NCBI GenBank assembly: GCA_036172245.1
Contig: JAYWIR010000055.1
Location: 620,001-684,000 of the forward strand
Length of the DNA stretch: 64,000 nt
Origin: Raillietiella orientalis
Lineage: Eukaryota
Direction of reading: 5' to 3'
Of the stretch, positions 26,834-38,664 are shown one piece after another. Within the stretch, counting starts at the first letter, position 1. Every line of letters starts with the position of its first letter. The notes under the pieces are model-generated. The model worked only from the letters and a program-made list of their open reading frames with translations. It was not told the DNA's origin and did no database searches. The position numbers and the translations under genes are program-made.

Positions 26834-29800
26834 GAGAAAATGTATGATGAACTGTTGTCAAGCTCATTCGCCCGGCCTCCCTCCCTCCCTCCCTCCCTTT
26901 GCCCAACATGATACGAGGGTTGTTGAAGAACTAATTTTTGCAAGGTATTTTCAAGACCCCGATTTCATTATACACCAAGTAATCTCCACAACATTCAGCA
27001 AAAAACAACTTAAGGCTACTCTTTTGCATGTTTACGTAACAAATTCTCATTTACGATACCAATTAATAAAATGCGGATCGTTAGGTGATAACCTGCCAGG
27101 GCCGCTCCCATTCCAGGATCGTTTGTATATCGTCGAGCCGTCCCCTTAGGACAGCGAAAACATTAAAGTTGTTTCGGGGAAGCTGGGAGTGGAAGGGGGG
27201 AGAGGGAAAGGAAATTGATCCGTGACTTGTCAGCGGAACGATTCCCAAAGGTAGCGTGTTCCATCCTTGGCACGATCATGCAGGGAGTGATCACAGCTTC
27301 AGCGAGCAGACTTTTCCTTCCGACGCATTCGTCGTAATCCCTATGCTGAAGCTGTGCAGTAAACGGTTTCTTGTCGTCTCCTTTTACGCGAGTTCAGCAT
27401 GGGAACACCCTCGAGGACTTCCGCTAATCCTTGAAAGTACCGAATCGAACAGTCGGTTCGTGGTGGCTCCGGACGTTTTCCCGCGCCTCGGGATATGCCA
27501 ATTTGACGGTGCTCGGGTGCCGCCGGCACCTGAGCCGACGAAGGTGGGTCTTCGGCTTTCGAGGACAAGGCGTTGGCAAACCGCAGTGCTGCCTGCCAAC
27601 CCCGTTGCCCGCACCGTCGTCGTTGAGCCCCGTCGGGCCTGCTGCAAACAAAGGTGAACGCGGGTGCGAGTGAGGGACTCGGGTTTTCCCGTTTTGAAAG
27701 GAATGATGGGTTTCCATGCTTCCATCGGCCGCTGTTGCCATTCCTGGCAAATCGTCGGCCTTTCCAAACTTTGCGAACCCTCCGGACGACGGAAAACGCG
27801 GCCTCGGTGGCCGACAAGACGCGGGTCGTATGGATTCCTGCAGCGGAAACGGCTTCTTCGTTTGAAAATCAGGGACTTTACACAATTCTTCCGGCAATGA
27901 CGCGCCTCGGAAAGTTTCGAATTAAGCGACTGCCAAGCAGTAACAGTCAATTTGCTTTGCAGTGTTGCCAGAGCGTGCGCCAAAACGCTGCCCTCGGTCA
28001 GAAGCCGTGGTACTACCGTGCGCTGATAATCAATCTGTACACTTACTTTCCGGAGAGCCCTCGAGTACGCTCCGAAGGAAATTGCAAATTTATGTGCATG
28101 TTGACCGTTCAGCATTGTACAATCGAAGCTGCAATTTGTTGCATCTTTAAAGGCCCTTATAGAAGTGATATAAACCGGTTTCATGGTAGTGCCTGTGATT
28201 TACTGTGGATTGCATCCAATAAAAGAGCATTTTTTTAAAAGATGCATTGGTCTCTGGAATTTACTACCCTACCATAGCGAGTGTTCCCAGCAGTGTGCAA
28301 AGTCGTGTCGCATTGACGTCAGACCCACCGCTCGGAAAACATACACTGAAACTATGAATGCGTTGCCCGCGTCCACATTGCACATTGGCTTTTTCCCCCT
28401 TCTCGCTTTCAAAAACCTGCCTGAAATGACAGAGAATCCATTTTTGTCCATCAAGTCCTTTGGCTCTGTCGAGCGCTTTCACGGTGGGCTTTCCGAGGTT
28501 CGAACGCAACCGCAAACGGCAAAGACGGGTGGATGCATGTGGTGGTGGTGGAGACGTTTCTGCCGCTTCGCCAGCTGGGTCGCTTGGGAACCGTTTCAGC
28601 GACCTAATGGGTTTCGTGCCTCTGGGGCACAGGTCATGTCCGGATGTAAGATTGGGGAAACGTCATCAGTGGTTTGCGGATCCTTCAAGGGTACGTGAAG
28701 CCAATAGGGTGATGTGTTCGTAGTGTTGGATCCCGTGGTTCCGCAGCATACGGCCCAAAGCATTTTGGGATTTTCGGGGCAAAGATCGCGTCAGCTTACC
28801 AGCATTTGCCGCGTTGCAACAGCTGCTGTCTGTTAAATATGCTGCGGTTGCGTCTTCGAGTTTTTCCTCGCGTTGGTTACCCAGCCCGGGGTGCATGAAG
28901 GCTGGTCATACGTCTGTCTTTGTCATACGGGGTCTCTGGTGCGACCTGAAGCCGAACGTTGGCGTGCGGGTGCCTAACTTTTGTAGCCCTTTGCGTAGGT
29001 TTCCTTGCTTTCCGCCTCGGCAGTGTTTGCTTCGTGGGATTTCCAATTACTCGGCTGCGCGGGCCTCAGGACACTCATGGCTACAGATGTTGCCTGGAAG
29101 CGCCTTGTCAGATCAAGTGCTGTTTTCCATGTGTTGTCTGCTCATCTTCTGAGAGCACTCTTCACATGCAGCCTTTGGAAAGACTTACTAAAGATCGGAA
29201 AGGGCAAACACATTTCTGGTTTATAATATATGCATGTGTACATTTCACGCGTACACGTCGCCATCCGGGCGTCGGGAGATCGTCCTGCGGGTCTGCGATG
29301 ATGTTGCGAGTCTCTTGTTGCTGTCCTCGAGACGGATTCGTTGCATGGAAGCACGCTTGCGCTTGCAAGGAGGATGGGCGGTGGGCATAGCAGTAGGCAG
29401 TGCTGGGTATTTTTGCTGGAAGCATGTTTTCGCGCCGTCGGGCTCTCCCCAACGGGACGAATCGAGTTGGCAGTGCCCGAACCTGTTCCTCGCGTGTTGT
29501 GTCGGATGTCCGTTCCCGCGGTAGCGTTTCCGATCCTCGTTTCGTTGCCTCCGGCTGTCTCTGGGTTGTCCGGCCACCATGGGCACTTTAGAACCCTTTC
29601 AGCTGTTTGGAAGCGGGCAACTCAGCGCCTCTTCTTAACACATTTCCGGGTTCACTCTGAGGGCGTTTCAACCCAGGTGGGGCGAAAACGGACGCACAGT
29701 TTCTTCGGTGAACACCGGGGGGCATTGAAGATACGCTTCCATGCCGCGAGCGGATCCTCCGCCCCCCCTTTTCCGTTGTCGGCGGCGCAACGGTGGAGCA

Positions 29801-30192
29801 GCACAACGAGATCGAGTAGCACCGAGTTTTCCCGACGGGACCGCGGGACCCGTGGGTGCGAGCCCGTCTTCGTAGGGCTGTGCCTGTTTCCGGTACACGC
29901 GGGGAGCGGCAATCCTGAGAGACTTCTTCTCCCTGCACGCTCGCGCCACGGAACTCGGGAAACGTTCACGTTCAGCTACGATACAGTCGTTGCCGAGTCC
30001 CGTTGCCGCGTTGGCGGACTCCAAATTTGTTGCGCACCGGGTTCGTTCCCGGCGGCCGGCTTCACCTGGGTCCTGCCGTCCTACGGACGCGGGGTAGGAA
30101 TGGTCCCCGTGCGTCTCCTTACTTTGGTGTTTGCCAAGGGGGCAGGTCGGGTGCCCGGTGACGCGCGTTCCTCCTGGACGGCCCCTGCCCCT

Positions 30193-30388
30193 CCGCCGAG
30201 CAGGCCTCCGAAATTCGCGCGCGCCCGGAAGCCGGACGGGGCGCGTTCCGCGCATCGTCGCCTTCCGGTCCGGGTTCCTGCCGCCGCCCCCGTCGCGGCG
30301 CCGAACGCGCCTACACAGCGGAAGGGCGCGACGGGATGGAGTGCGCGTGCGGGCGCCTCCGCCATCGCCGCACGGAGCGCTGGCTGCG
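30193..30388 (+). repeat. Diverged ~200-bp repeat, inverted relative to 34764-34943
   Basis: Shared blocks such as cagcggaagggcgcgacgggat and tcgccttccggtccgg; translations RLPVRVPAAAPVAAPNAPTQRKGATG vs RLPVRTPVAVPNAPRQRKGATG. Confidence 0.85.
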
Positions 30389-31129
30389 TGCCTGGAACGG
30401 GTTGAAGCGATCGGGCAGGGTGCGATCCGGAGCGCAGGCGGATCGGTGGGGCTGGCCCACGATCCACCGTAGGGAAAGCCTCTCACAGAAGAGCGATGAC
30501 CACGGCACGTAGACGGCAGCGTGTGCTGCCCGTGAGTGGACCTGCGGAAGAAACGTACTTGCCCTGAGGGCCGGTAGCTCCGTCGTCTTGTGGCGCTTGA
30601 CTCTCGCGGCGGTGAGCACTCGGAAGGGCTAAGAGGAGGACTAGGAGGAGTTCACTCCCATCTTAAAGGGCACGCAGGCCTTTCCTGTTCGACGGTCGTT
30701 CTTGAGGGAAGACTGCCCTGAGGGAGTGACTCCGCGTTCACCCTATCTCTCCGCTCGAGGATGGGGAGGCGGGGGCGGAAGCGGTCAATTTGCCCGCAAG
30801 GAAGGAGGAAGCGTGGACAGTTACTGTTGCTGCTGCGGCAGATGACGCCCCTTGTCCGAATCCAGAACCCTCAGAAGCCATCACGTCGATCTCTTCGCTC
30901 TGGCTTCTGGTGTGGGCGTGGCATGTCCGGCTCATCACGTTGCCGAGAGCAACGAGGCGTCCCGATAGCGGCCGACTAATGGAGGGAGGGTGTGCTAATG
31001 CAGGCAAACCAGCCGGCTTGCGCCCTGCCCTGGTGACCCCCACGCGCCCCACCGGTCAGTCGGACCCCCCATTCTTTCTTTTTTTGGGGGGGCGGGGTCT
31101 CTCGGTACTGAAGAACTGCTCGCCTGGCA

Positions 31130-31920
31130 TCTCACGAAGCTCTTCTTTGACACCGTCGACGCCACCCGGGGGCACGTGTGACCCATCGAGGTATAAAAGG
31201 CGCCCCAGGAGGGGAACCACGCTGCGAATACGGGAAGGGCTCCGGAGGAGGGAGGAGTTCGTCCCTCCCACGCTTGGGAGAGAACCCCGAACCACCTCTT
31301 CCTTGTTTTCTTCCGAGGGGGTCACTCCCCCCTCGTTTCTTCCCCGGAGGGAACCCGCAGTGGAAACGCCGCTCCTTGTTTCCTCTTCCTTTGAAGAGAA
31401 CCCCGAAGGGACTCTCCCTTATTTCCCTTCCTCCTCCACCTACCGACCGACCTAGGCGAAAAGGAAGGAAGCACCCCAGGCGAGAGGGAAGCGGGAGATG
31501 AGAGCGGAGAGATGGGTAAAGCAGCACGCGGGATGACCCTCTGAGAACCTCGCCCAGTGCTGAAAAACCGTCCGCCTCCTGTGGGGGGAGGAGGGAGTTC
31601 ACGAAGCTCTTTGGCGCTGTCCGCGCCTTCTGAGGATGCATGTTCACTCTTCAAGTTGTAGGGGGTACTCCGGGAAGCGACCACCCTACGGATCCAGTAA
31701 GCGCACCGGAGGAGGGAGGAGTCCGCTCCTCCTTTACTCTCCGTAGGGTACCCCGAAAGGATCCACCCCTTCCTCATTCTCTCCGGAGGGGTCCCCCCAG
31801 AAGGGTCACTCCTCATTTCTTCTCCTGAGGAACCCCCCGGAAAGTACCCGCTCCCCGTTTCCTTCTCCTCCGAGGAGAACCCCTGAAGGGTCACTCCTCG
31901 AAGGGAACAGCGCGCTTCTG
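31130..31920 (+). repeat. Degenerate tandem duplication with nested ~33-40 bp minisatellite-like units
   Basis: cacgaagctctt...ccggaggagggaggagt occurs at ~31133 and ~31600, each followed by repeated gagaacccc(t)gaaggg / cttctcctcc-like units. Confidence 0.6.
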
Positions 31921-31949
31921 ACACTCTGGAGAGGCGACCCCGTAGGGAG

Positions 31950-33155
31950 TATCAACCAACTCCATGGCACGCGATGGAGGGCACCCTGAGGATGGGGATG
32001 GCTCCATCTGCCCAACCGGAGAGGGGGAACCCCGAAGGGCTCTTTGATGTCCCGGATGGACCCCAGAGGGAGGGTCAGCTTCCAGTCCCGGCCAGTCAAC
32101 CGCCAGTGCCGGCGCACCCGAAGCCCATGGGGCAAATAGGCCTCATCCGGCAGTGGGAGGGAGGGAAGGCACTCGAAACCTACGACGGGTGCTACAGAAG
32201 TTGCACTCTCCGAGAGATCCTGGAGGATCCGAAGAAGAGAGCGTGGGCAGGAAGAACCTCCCTCGCTGCTGCGCTGCCAACTATGATGAAAGATCTGGAC
32301 AGCGATGTTGCGGCTAAGTGGGAGGTTAACATGATAATCTCCGGAAAGGAGAAGAAGCAGGGAGAGTGGAAGACGGGTCAGTTAATCGACGCTGCGACCC
32401 CGAGTATGCCTCCCAATGGACTTCTGCGCTGGGGCGCGCTGCTCGATGTTCCGACGTCTGAAGTGGCCCCCGGTACTAATGAACACCTCTACCCTCCCGT
32501 TAAAATGGCATGAGTCGACACTCCTGTTGCAGCATTGGGGACTCCCCTGCAATGCCCGCCGACATCATTGGACCTGGGGAGCGGTGGATCCCAATTGTGT
32601 TAGGTGTGGGGAACGGGAGTCCCTCCCCCACCTCCTAGTGGATTGTGTGGCCCTTCGGCCCCTTTGGTTCCGCTTTGCCGCGTCCATCGGAATCCCCTGC
32701 GGCAACCGCAGGGACGCTTTGAAAGCCCTCTTCGTTGCCGACGCTCTTCGACCTGCGGCCTCGATAGCAGCCTTCTGCTGCCTTCGCGGGATCGTCGCCG
32801 CCTGGAGCAAGGCTACGGGAGGACCCCGCGACCAGGGTGCCATCCAAGGCGCCGCCCAATTCCTGAGGAGGGCGTCGAGATGGCCCCACCTGGATCCAGG
32901 AATGCAGAAAGAGCTTGCCGGCATCCTGAGAAGGATGATGCGGCTCCAGCAGCAACAGTGATCCCTTTCCGTACCCACCCACTCTTTTTTTCTTTTTGTT
33001 TAGTTTTTTGTTTTTCCCCCTTCCCCTGCTGCCTTGGTGGACCGTACCGGTCTGCGAACCGGTGACCTGGCAGGCTCCGTGGTTCTTCGTTCTTTGCGAC
33101 ATCTTTTTCATAATGTTTATTTTTAAATAAACGACCCGGCGAAACCCGGGTGAAA
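31950..33155 (+). mobile_element. Tx1/L1-like non-LTR retrotransposon 3' part (copy A)
   Basis: Overlapping ORFs 31974-32513 and 32416-32961 give WKTGQLIDAATP and LLQHWGLPCNARRHHW..CVRCGERESLPHLLVDC..RPLW (zf-RVT). Followed by a T-rich tract, a hairpin and AATAAA at 33126. Confidence 0.75.
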
Positions 33156-33197
33156 ATCGAAACCCACGACGCATCCCTCATTTCTGGGTGTCGCCCC

Positions 33198-33282
33198 TTC
33201 CCCGGACGGGATTCGAACCAACGACGCCTGGCGCCACGCGCGCGCAGGCCGCGGCCGCCAACCCTCTTTCTTGCCCCTGGGC
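33198..33282 (-). pseudogene. Possible tRNA-derived relic (pseudo-tRNA or SINE head)
   Basis: Minus strand has GGTTCGAATCCC (T-loop/B-box) followed by gtccgggga; the other arms are degenerate and no clear A-box is visible. Confidence 0.3.
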
Positions 33283-34763
33283 AGTCTGAGTCGCGCTTTG
33301 CGGGGATGCGAGCAGGGAGGGACGGCAGCCCATTACGAGAGAGTGTGCCGGTCCCCACACCTTCCCTTTTCCTGGGCTCGCTGGACCGATGATTCGCCCA
33401 CGACCTGCCTCGCCACCGCCACGAAGCGCCCCTCACACTGTTTCCTCACGCACCCTCGATGCGCCCTCAATCGCAGCATGGGGTCTGTCACTCGACGGGG
33501 GATCGGACCCCTGGTTCAGGGCTTCCAGGAGATCACGAAGGGGGGGGGGGTAGCCAGGGTCGTTGGTTTCCCCCACATCGTGGCCGAGGCCTCCCTCGCC
33601 CTTCTGGGCAGCTCGTGCGCCGAGCCCTCACTCCCGGCGCAGTTGCGCGCGCCCTGTCACCCTTCCCACGATCCAACTGCCCACGCAGGAGCGAGTTCTC
33701 GTCGTCCCACGGAATTCGCTCCTCCGAGCGATTCCGACTGTCCCGAGAGGATGCGGGCATTTCGCCAGCCTCTTCTGTTTTCCGGGGGAAGGAGTGGCAA
33801 AAGTAAATAGTCCCGGCAGCTTCGTTCTAGGAGATCTCTCGGGAAAGCAGTCCGGATCTTTCCGTTCCTTTCTTTTTATTTATTGATTTTTTTATTCGTG
33901 AGTTTGGTAGCCCTGGACTCAAACTCACTGCCGCTTGCAGGAGCACAGGAGGAGAAAAGCACGTTCGCCGCGGACCGGGCCGCTCAGAGTCCCCGAGGTG
34001 CACCGTCGGTTGCTTTTTGGCGCTTGGAGACAAGAGTGGCTCCGGGACCTTCTCTGGCAGGGTTGCCACCCGCCTGCCGCGCTGGGATCGGGAGGGGGCT
34101 GGGAAACCGGGGCAATCCCTACGGCAGACGGCTCGAGACTGCAGGGCTTCCACTGGGACGACCGAGGCCCGGCACTCTTGAATCTTCCCCCCCTCTCGGG
34201 AGGGTTGGAGGGTCTCCACGCGCCACGGTGACCTCGTCTTCCTCCGCGCGCGTGCGCGAGTCGAACAGGCGATGAGCAGCTTGGCACTCCTGTGTGCGTG
34301 CGCGGGCTGTTTCTCAGTCGTTCCTCTCCTCCTCCCAGTCGCCTCCGCTCTCGGCCTCGACGTCCAGAGTCGGCCGATTTCTGACCTCGAGGAAGCACCG
34401 CACGTAGGAGAGAAGAGGGAGGTCGTCAGCCAGCCAGCAGCGACTGGGGACTCGGTGACCCCGCCGGAGCAGAGGGCGACCGCAGGACGTGCAGAGCGCC
34501 CGAGGCCCCGAGCGGCCTACGCTGACTCGCCCACGGTCTCAAGAACAGACCGCGCATGCACGCAGATGACCCCGCCTCGTCCCTGCAAAGCACCCGCTTC
34601 TCGCAGCCCTGCCGCGGGTACCGTCCGTCAGACGTTCACCGGCGCACGGAGGCGGGCAGGCCCACCTCACGGGTTTCGAGACACATTACCCCTCCCCCTC
34701 GCCCACGAGTCAAGCGGGCCGGTGACCGTCGGGACTCCTTGAACAGCGTCCGCCAGCCGTGTG

Positions 34764-34943
34764 CGCAGCCAGCGATCCGTGCGGCGGCGGCGGAGGGGGA
34801 GCTCGCTTGCGCACTCGATCCCGTCGCGCCCTTCCGCTGTCTGGGTGCGTTCGGCACCGCGACGGGAGTCCGGACCGGAAGGCGAGGCGGAACGCGCCCC
34901 GCCCGGTTTCCGGACGCGCGAATTCCGAGGACCTGCTCGGCGG
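34764..34943 (-). repeat. Inverted partner of 30193-30388
   Basis: Reverse complement aligns by eye to 30193-30388. Confidence 0.85.
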
Positions 34944-34967
34944 CGCCTTCGGGAACTCTGGAGAGAA

Positions 34968-35345
34968 GGACGAGCAGAGGATGATCGGGAAAACCACGTT
35001 CTCCTCCCTTTCTCCCACTTCCCTCTTGCACCCTTCCTTCTCCTCCTCTTCCTCTCTTTTCTCTCTTCCTCCCTCCTCTCTTGCTGGCTTTCCTTTCTTG
35101 CACTCTTCCTCCTCCTTTCCTCTCTTCCTCCTTTTCCTCTTCCCCTCCTTCCTTCCTCCCCTCTTCCTCCTTCCCTGCGCTGGAGCGTCAGAACCGATGT
35201 GGCCTTCTTAATGCACCAGTCGTCGGGGAGGAAGAGGAAGGGGGGGCTGCTAGCAGGCCGTCGAGGCAGCGGCAGCTCGACCGGGACCCTCGTGGTCACC
35301 GCGCGGATGCAACCGGAAGTCTTCATCTTCTCTGGGAGCGGGTTC
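34968..35345. repeat. Diverged direct repeat of 42716-42975 (polypyrimidine tract plus flank), possibly a LINE ORF1 remnant on minus
   Basis: Both copies read gagcagagga.gatcgggaaaacca, a CT tract, ggagcg...gaaccgat, tgcacca, gaggaagagga, gaccctc..ggtca.cgcg.ggat and ctctgggagcg. Confidence 0.75.
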
Positions 35346-36649
35346 CGGCTCCCGTCTGGCTCCGCTGCCCGAGTCCCCCGGCCAGCGCTTCGTGCTGCCT
35401 CTCTGCCAGGGCACACGAAGGAAGACCGACATCCCGTATCGGACTGCACCCAGAAAAAAACCATACTCCGGCGTGTTGGAGGAACGTTTTGGAGCAGACG
35501 GACGTTCACATGGAGATGTCGCCCGCAGCGTGGGCGGTCATGAAGTCCGCGGAAGGTGGACTGCCGCTCCCAAAGCGGACCAGCAGGCCTCGTGGACGAA
35601 GACCGTTCAGGACGACCCCAGAGAACCAGGATGGAGGAACCTTAAACGCGTTGCCTTGACCAGGAACGAGCGTGTCCTGTCCGCGGCTGAAGCTGCTTCG
35701 TGGTCCACAGCGGTCCAGCGGGGGTAGCTGCTGGGGGGAGGGAGCACGGAGGGAGTTGCCCCGCGCAGATGCGAGCTGAGAGCAAACACACCCTCGCTCG
35801 GATGCGAGCTTTCTGAGGCAACAGCTCAACCGAGAACGAGATTCACGGTTCCGTTCCGAAGCGGAAGGTGATCGGTGATCGGACAAAAGCATCCTCCATC
35901 CGAAGCACCAAAATTGAAGACTCGTAAGTGACCACCCTCTGGGATTCTCACGTGTCTGTGCTGAATGTATTCTCAGCGGAGTAATGTGACCACGATGCTG
36001 GTAGTCTCCTGGCAGGCGCGCTCAGACGTTGGGACTGTACCGCGTACTGCCTTAAGCTATGGAAAAGTTTTCGTGATTGAAATGTCTACCATGTGGTCCA
36101 AATTCTTCCAGGAATTGAGCACTTGATTCGAGCAAGGAAGGTCGAGTCATGGGACGTTCCTACAGTGGAGCACGAAAGGAGAGGTCACCTAAACACGTGA
36201 CCCACGAGTGGCATGGAAGCGAGCAGTGCGAGATGCTTCAGGAGGAAACCTTTTTCGGCGCTCACGCAGAAGCTGATGCAGCCAGCGCAGCGCTCAGAAA
36301 AATGGTTTTCGATTCTCCTATCCTTGAATGTGAAAGAGTCTGCATGTTCTTTTTTTTTTTTTTTTTTTGGACTGACCTCGCATACTGATCGAATGTCGCA
36401 AAATGTTGCTTTGCCCCCACTATTCCTTCTACCAGTGTTTTCACGATGCGGAATACAATGCCAACTGTAAACCCAAACACAAAAACACACTTCTTCTTAA
36501 TGTGGCTGGTGAACAATTCGCCTGTGCTGTTTATCGCCAGATATTTTCTAAAAGCTACTCGTGATTACTGCTCCACGACTAAGTGATTACGTTGAGTGAA
36601 TGAGAGTCACCATCGAAAGGATGAGTGCTCACATACGAAACCTGAAGAA

Positions 36650-37700
36650 CGCAAGCAATCCAATAATCAGCCAATCGGCCCCCCATCCGTCTTCAGCTCG
36701 AAACCCAAGCCCCTTTCTTTAGGGCTACTACAAAGGTGCAACTCGAGTGCTTGGAACTCTTGCCATCCGCAGGGGCAGCACAGACCTGCGAGCGTTCCCC
36801 GCAGGATGTTTGCAGCCCTTACGTAAAGCTCACTTTCCTGGTCCATTCCGCCCAAGGGGCGCAAGCGCTCCTCCTCCATAATCCTCGACCAAGCACGCTG
36901 CAATAAGAATACAGAAGTCCTCTTCTGGGATCTTCTTGCGGGTGTCCAACGGAAATGCCGTCGCAGCTTCTTTACATTGAAGCTTTCGAGATGGGATTAT
37001 CTAAAATTAGCAACAGAAGAAAATCTTGAGGTTGAGATTCGACCGCTTACCGGTGCTCATTATTTTCCAAATATCCCGAAGATTCTTGTGCTTTCGCCGG
37101 GGACACCACCTGCAGGTGGCTGAAAAGAGGTCGAAGCTTCCCCCTGCAAAATCACCGAATCCAGGCAAAGTGCCTGGGGGTTAATGAAATAAACTCGTAA
37201 ACTCTGTGTCAGGTCAAGGGCGGGATGCTTCTGCTCCAGCTGTTGCATTCTTTACCGCCAAGCCACAGCACCACTGCCAGCGTGCCTTCTTTCCGACGTC
37301 GCTTTGTCAAAGTCGGTTCTGTCGATGGTGTTGGTCTCCGGAAGACAATTTCATCCAAACGCGATTGGGCAGACTGTTGAGCAGCCCGCGGAGATCGAAA
37401 AGCAGAGAGCAACTGAAAGCAAATCCTGCAATCCGAAAGCCTCGTCTCCCAGCACCACGGTGGCATGGTGATGACAGGTTTTTCCTTTTCGCGGTTCGCC
37501 TCTCCTGAAGAGCCAAAGAGTTCACTCTAATCCCTGTGAAGCACAAAGGTTGGAACGAACTCTTTGACCTGCGCAGCTCACTAGGAAGCTGCAGTATGAC
37601 ACTGAAGACAGATGAACTGAGCATCGAGCTGTGCACTCTCCGGCAACCGGAAAACAAAAGGTGTTCTGGCAAACACTCTTGCAACTGAAATATTTCTGAA
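36650..37700 (-). mobile_element. Decayed LINE fragment (RT remnant and tail)
   Basis: SVILQGEASTSFQPPAGGVPGES resembles the RT segment leading to GVPQG; ILRGT..CPCG..E..LHLC echoes the finger region of the 21.9 kb element. Confidence 0.4.
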
Positions 37701-38401
37701 ATATTCCGGTCCAAAGTTTCACATTACAGTTGCAGCATGGAGAAGCAAAAGAGAAAGCCTTCTCGAAACAGCCACGAGGTTTCCGGTATGGTCAGGAATG
37801 TAATGGGATTGTGCCTCACGGGAATTCCTCTACGATCGAATTGGGAAATTCAAACGTGATGTCATCTCTGTAAGAAGTCTGTGAGATTTAGGTATTCCGT
37901 TTTCAACCCCGTACACTGGCACGAGTTATCCTTATTACTCATGGAAGCTCATCCGCCGCATGACTGGTGGATCACCTTGGAAACATCCAAGTGAAGGAGG
38001 TGATAACTAAGGTCCACCTCACCACATTTTATTGATCTTGAACTCGAAGCTGGACCGGGGACGTGCCGGGCAGACGGAATGGAAAGTGAAGAGAACGGCA
38101 AGGGGCACCTCTGCCCACTTCTGAAAGTGTTCCATGTTTGCAGATTCCGCAGTCTTTCCTGGTTCCTCGGGAGATGCTCGTCCGTCCGCGCAATCCTCCC
38201 ATTCGGACGGGAGCAGACGGTAGGTGCAGCCCGCTGCACGCTTCCACGACGGCGAAATCAACTGCTGGCACTCGAGCGAAGCATTCGCTACCACTCGGGG
38301 GGTCCGCTCCCGCCTGAAAGGTAAAGACAGTAGCGAGCTGGAACGGGGAGCGAATCGGAGCCACGCCTGGGAAGCAAATTCGAGTCGCCCATCGAGTGCA
38401 A

Positions 38402-38435
38402 TGGGGGGGGGGGGAGAGAGAGAGAGAGAGAGAGA
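38402..38435. repeat. G-run plus (GA)n microsatellite
   Basis: Directly visible. Confidence 0.9.
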
Positions 38436-38664
38436 AGTGGAACCTGGCAAAAGCTCCACCGGCAAGGAAATGAACAAAGTGGTTCGGAAACATCCCGGAG
38501 CCCCGTGAGGGGTAACCACCGGAGGGAACTGCGCACGACGTATCAAGCTTGAATGAGAGACCCCAAAGGCGCTTTCAAGACAGACAGACGTCGAAGTCGG
38601 CCAACGCCATCTGCTGTTTACGAGAATCCGCGAACCCCTCAGAGCACCGTCCACGCAGCGGGCT

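Noticed and set aside
27085..29200. Possible minus-strand gene (terminal exon GRLDDIQTILEWERPWQVIT and ORFs 27384-28184, 28264-28515)
   Set aside because: One splice is in frame, but the upstream frame is broken by stops and no family was recognised. Could be a pseudogene; not supportable by eye.
31130..31920. CRISPR-like repeat-spacer array
   Set aside because: Units are degenerate and contiguous without unique spacers, the context is eukaryotic, and no cas genes are present.
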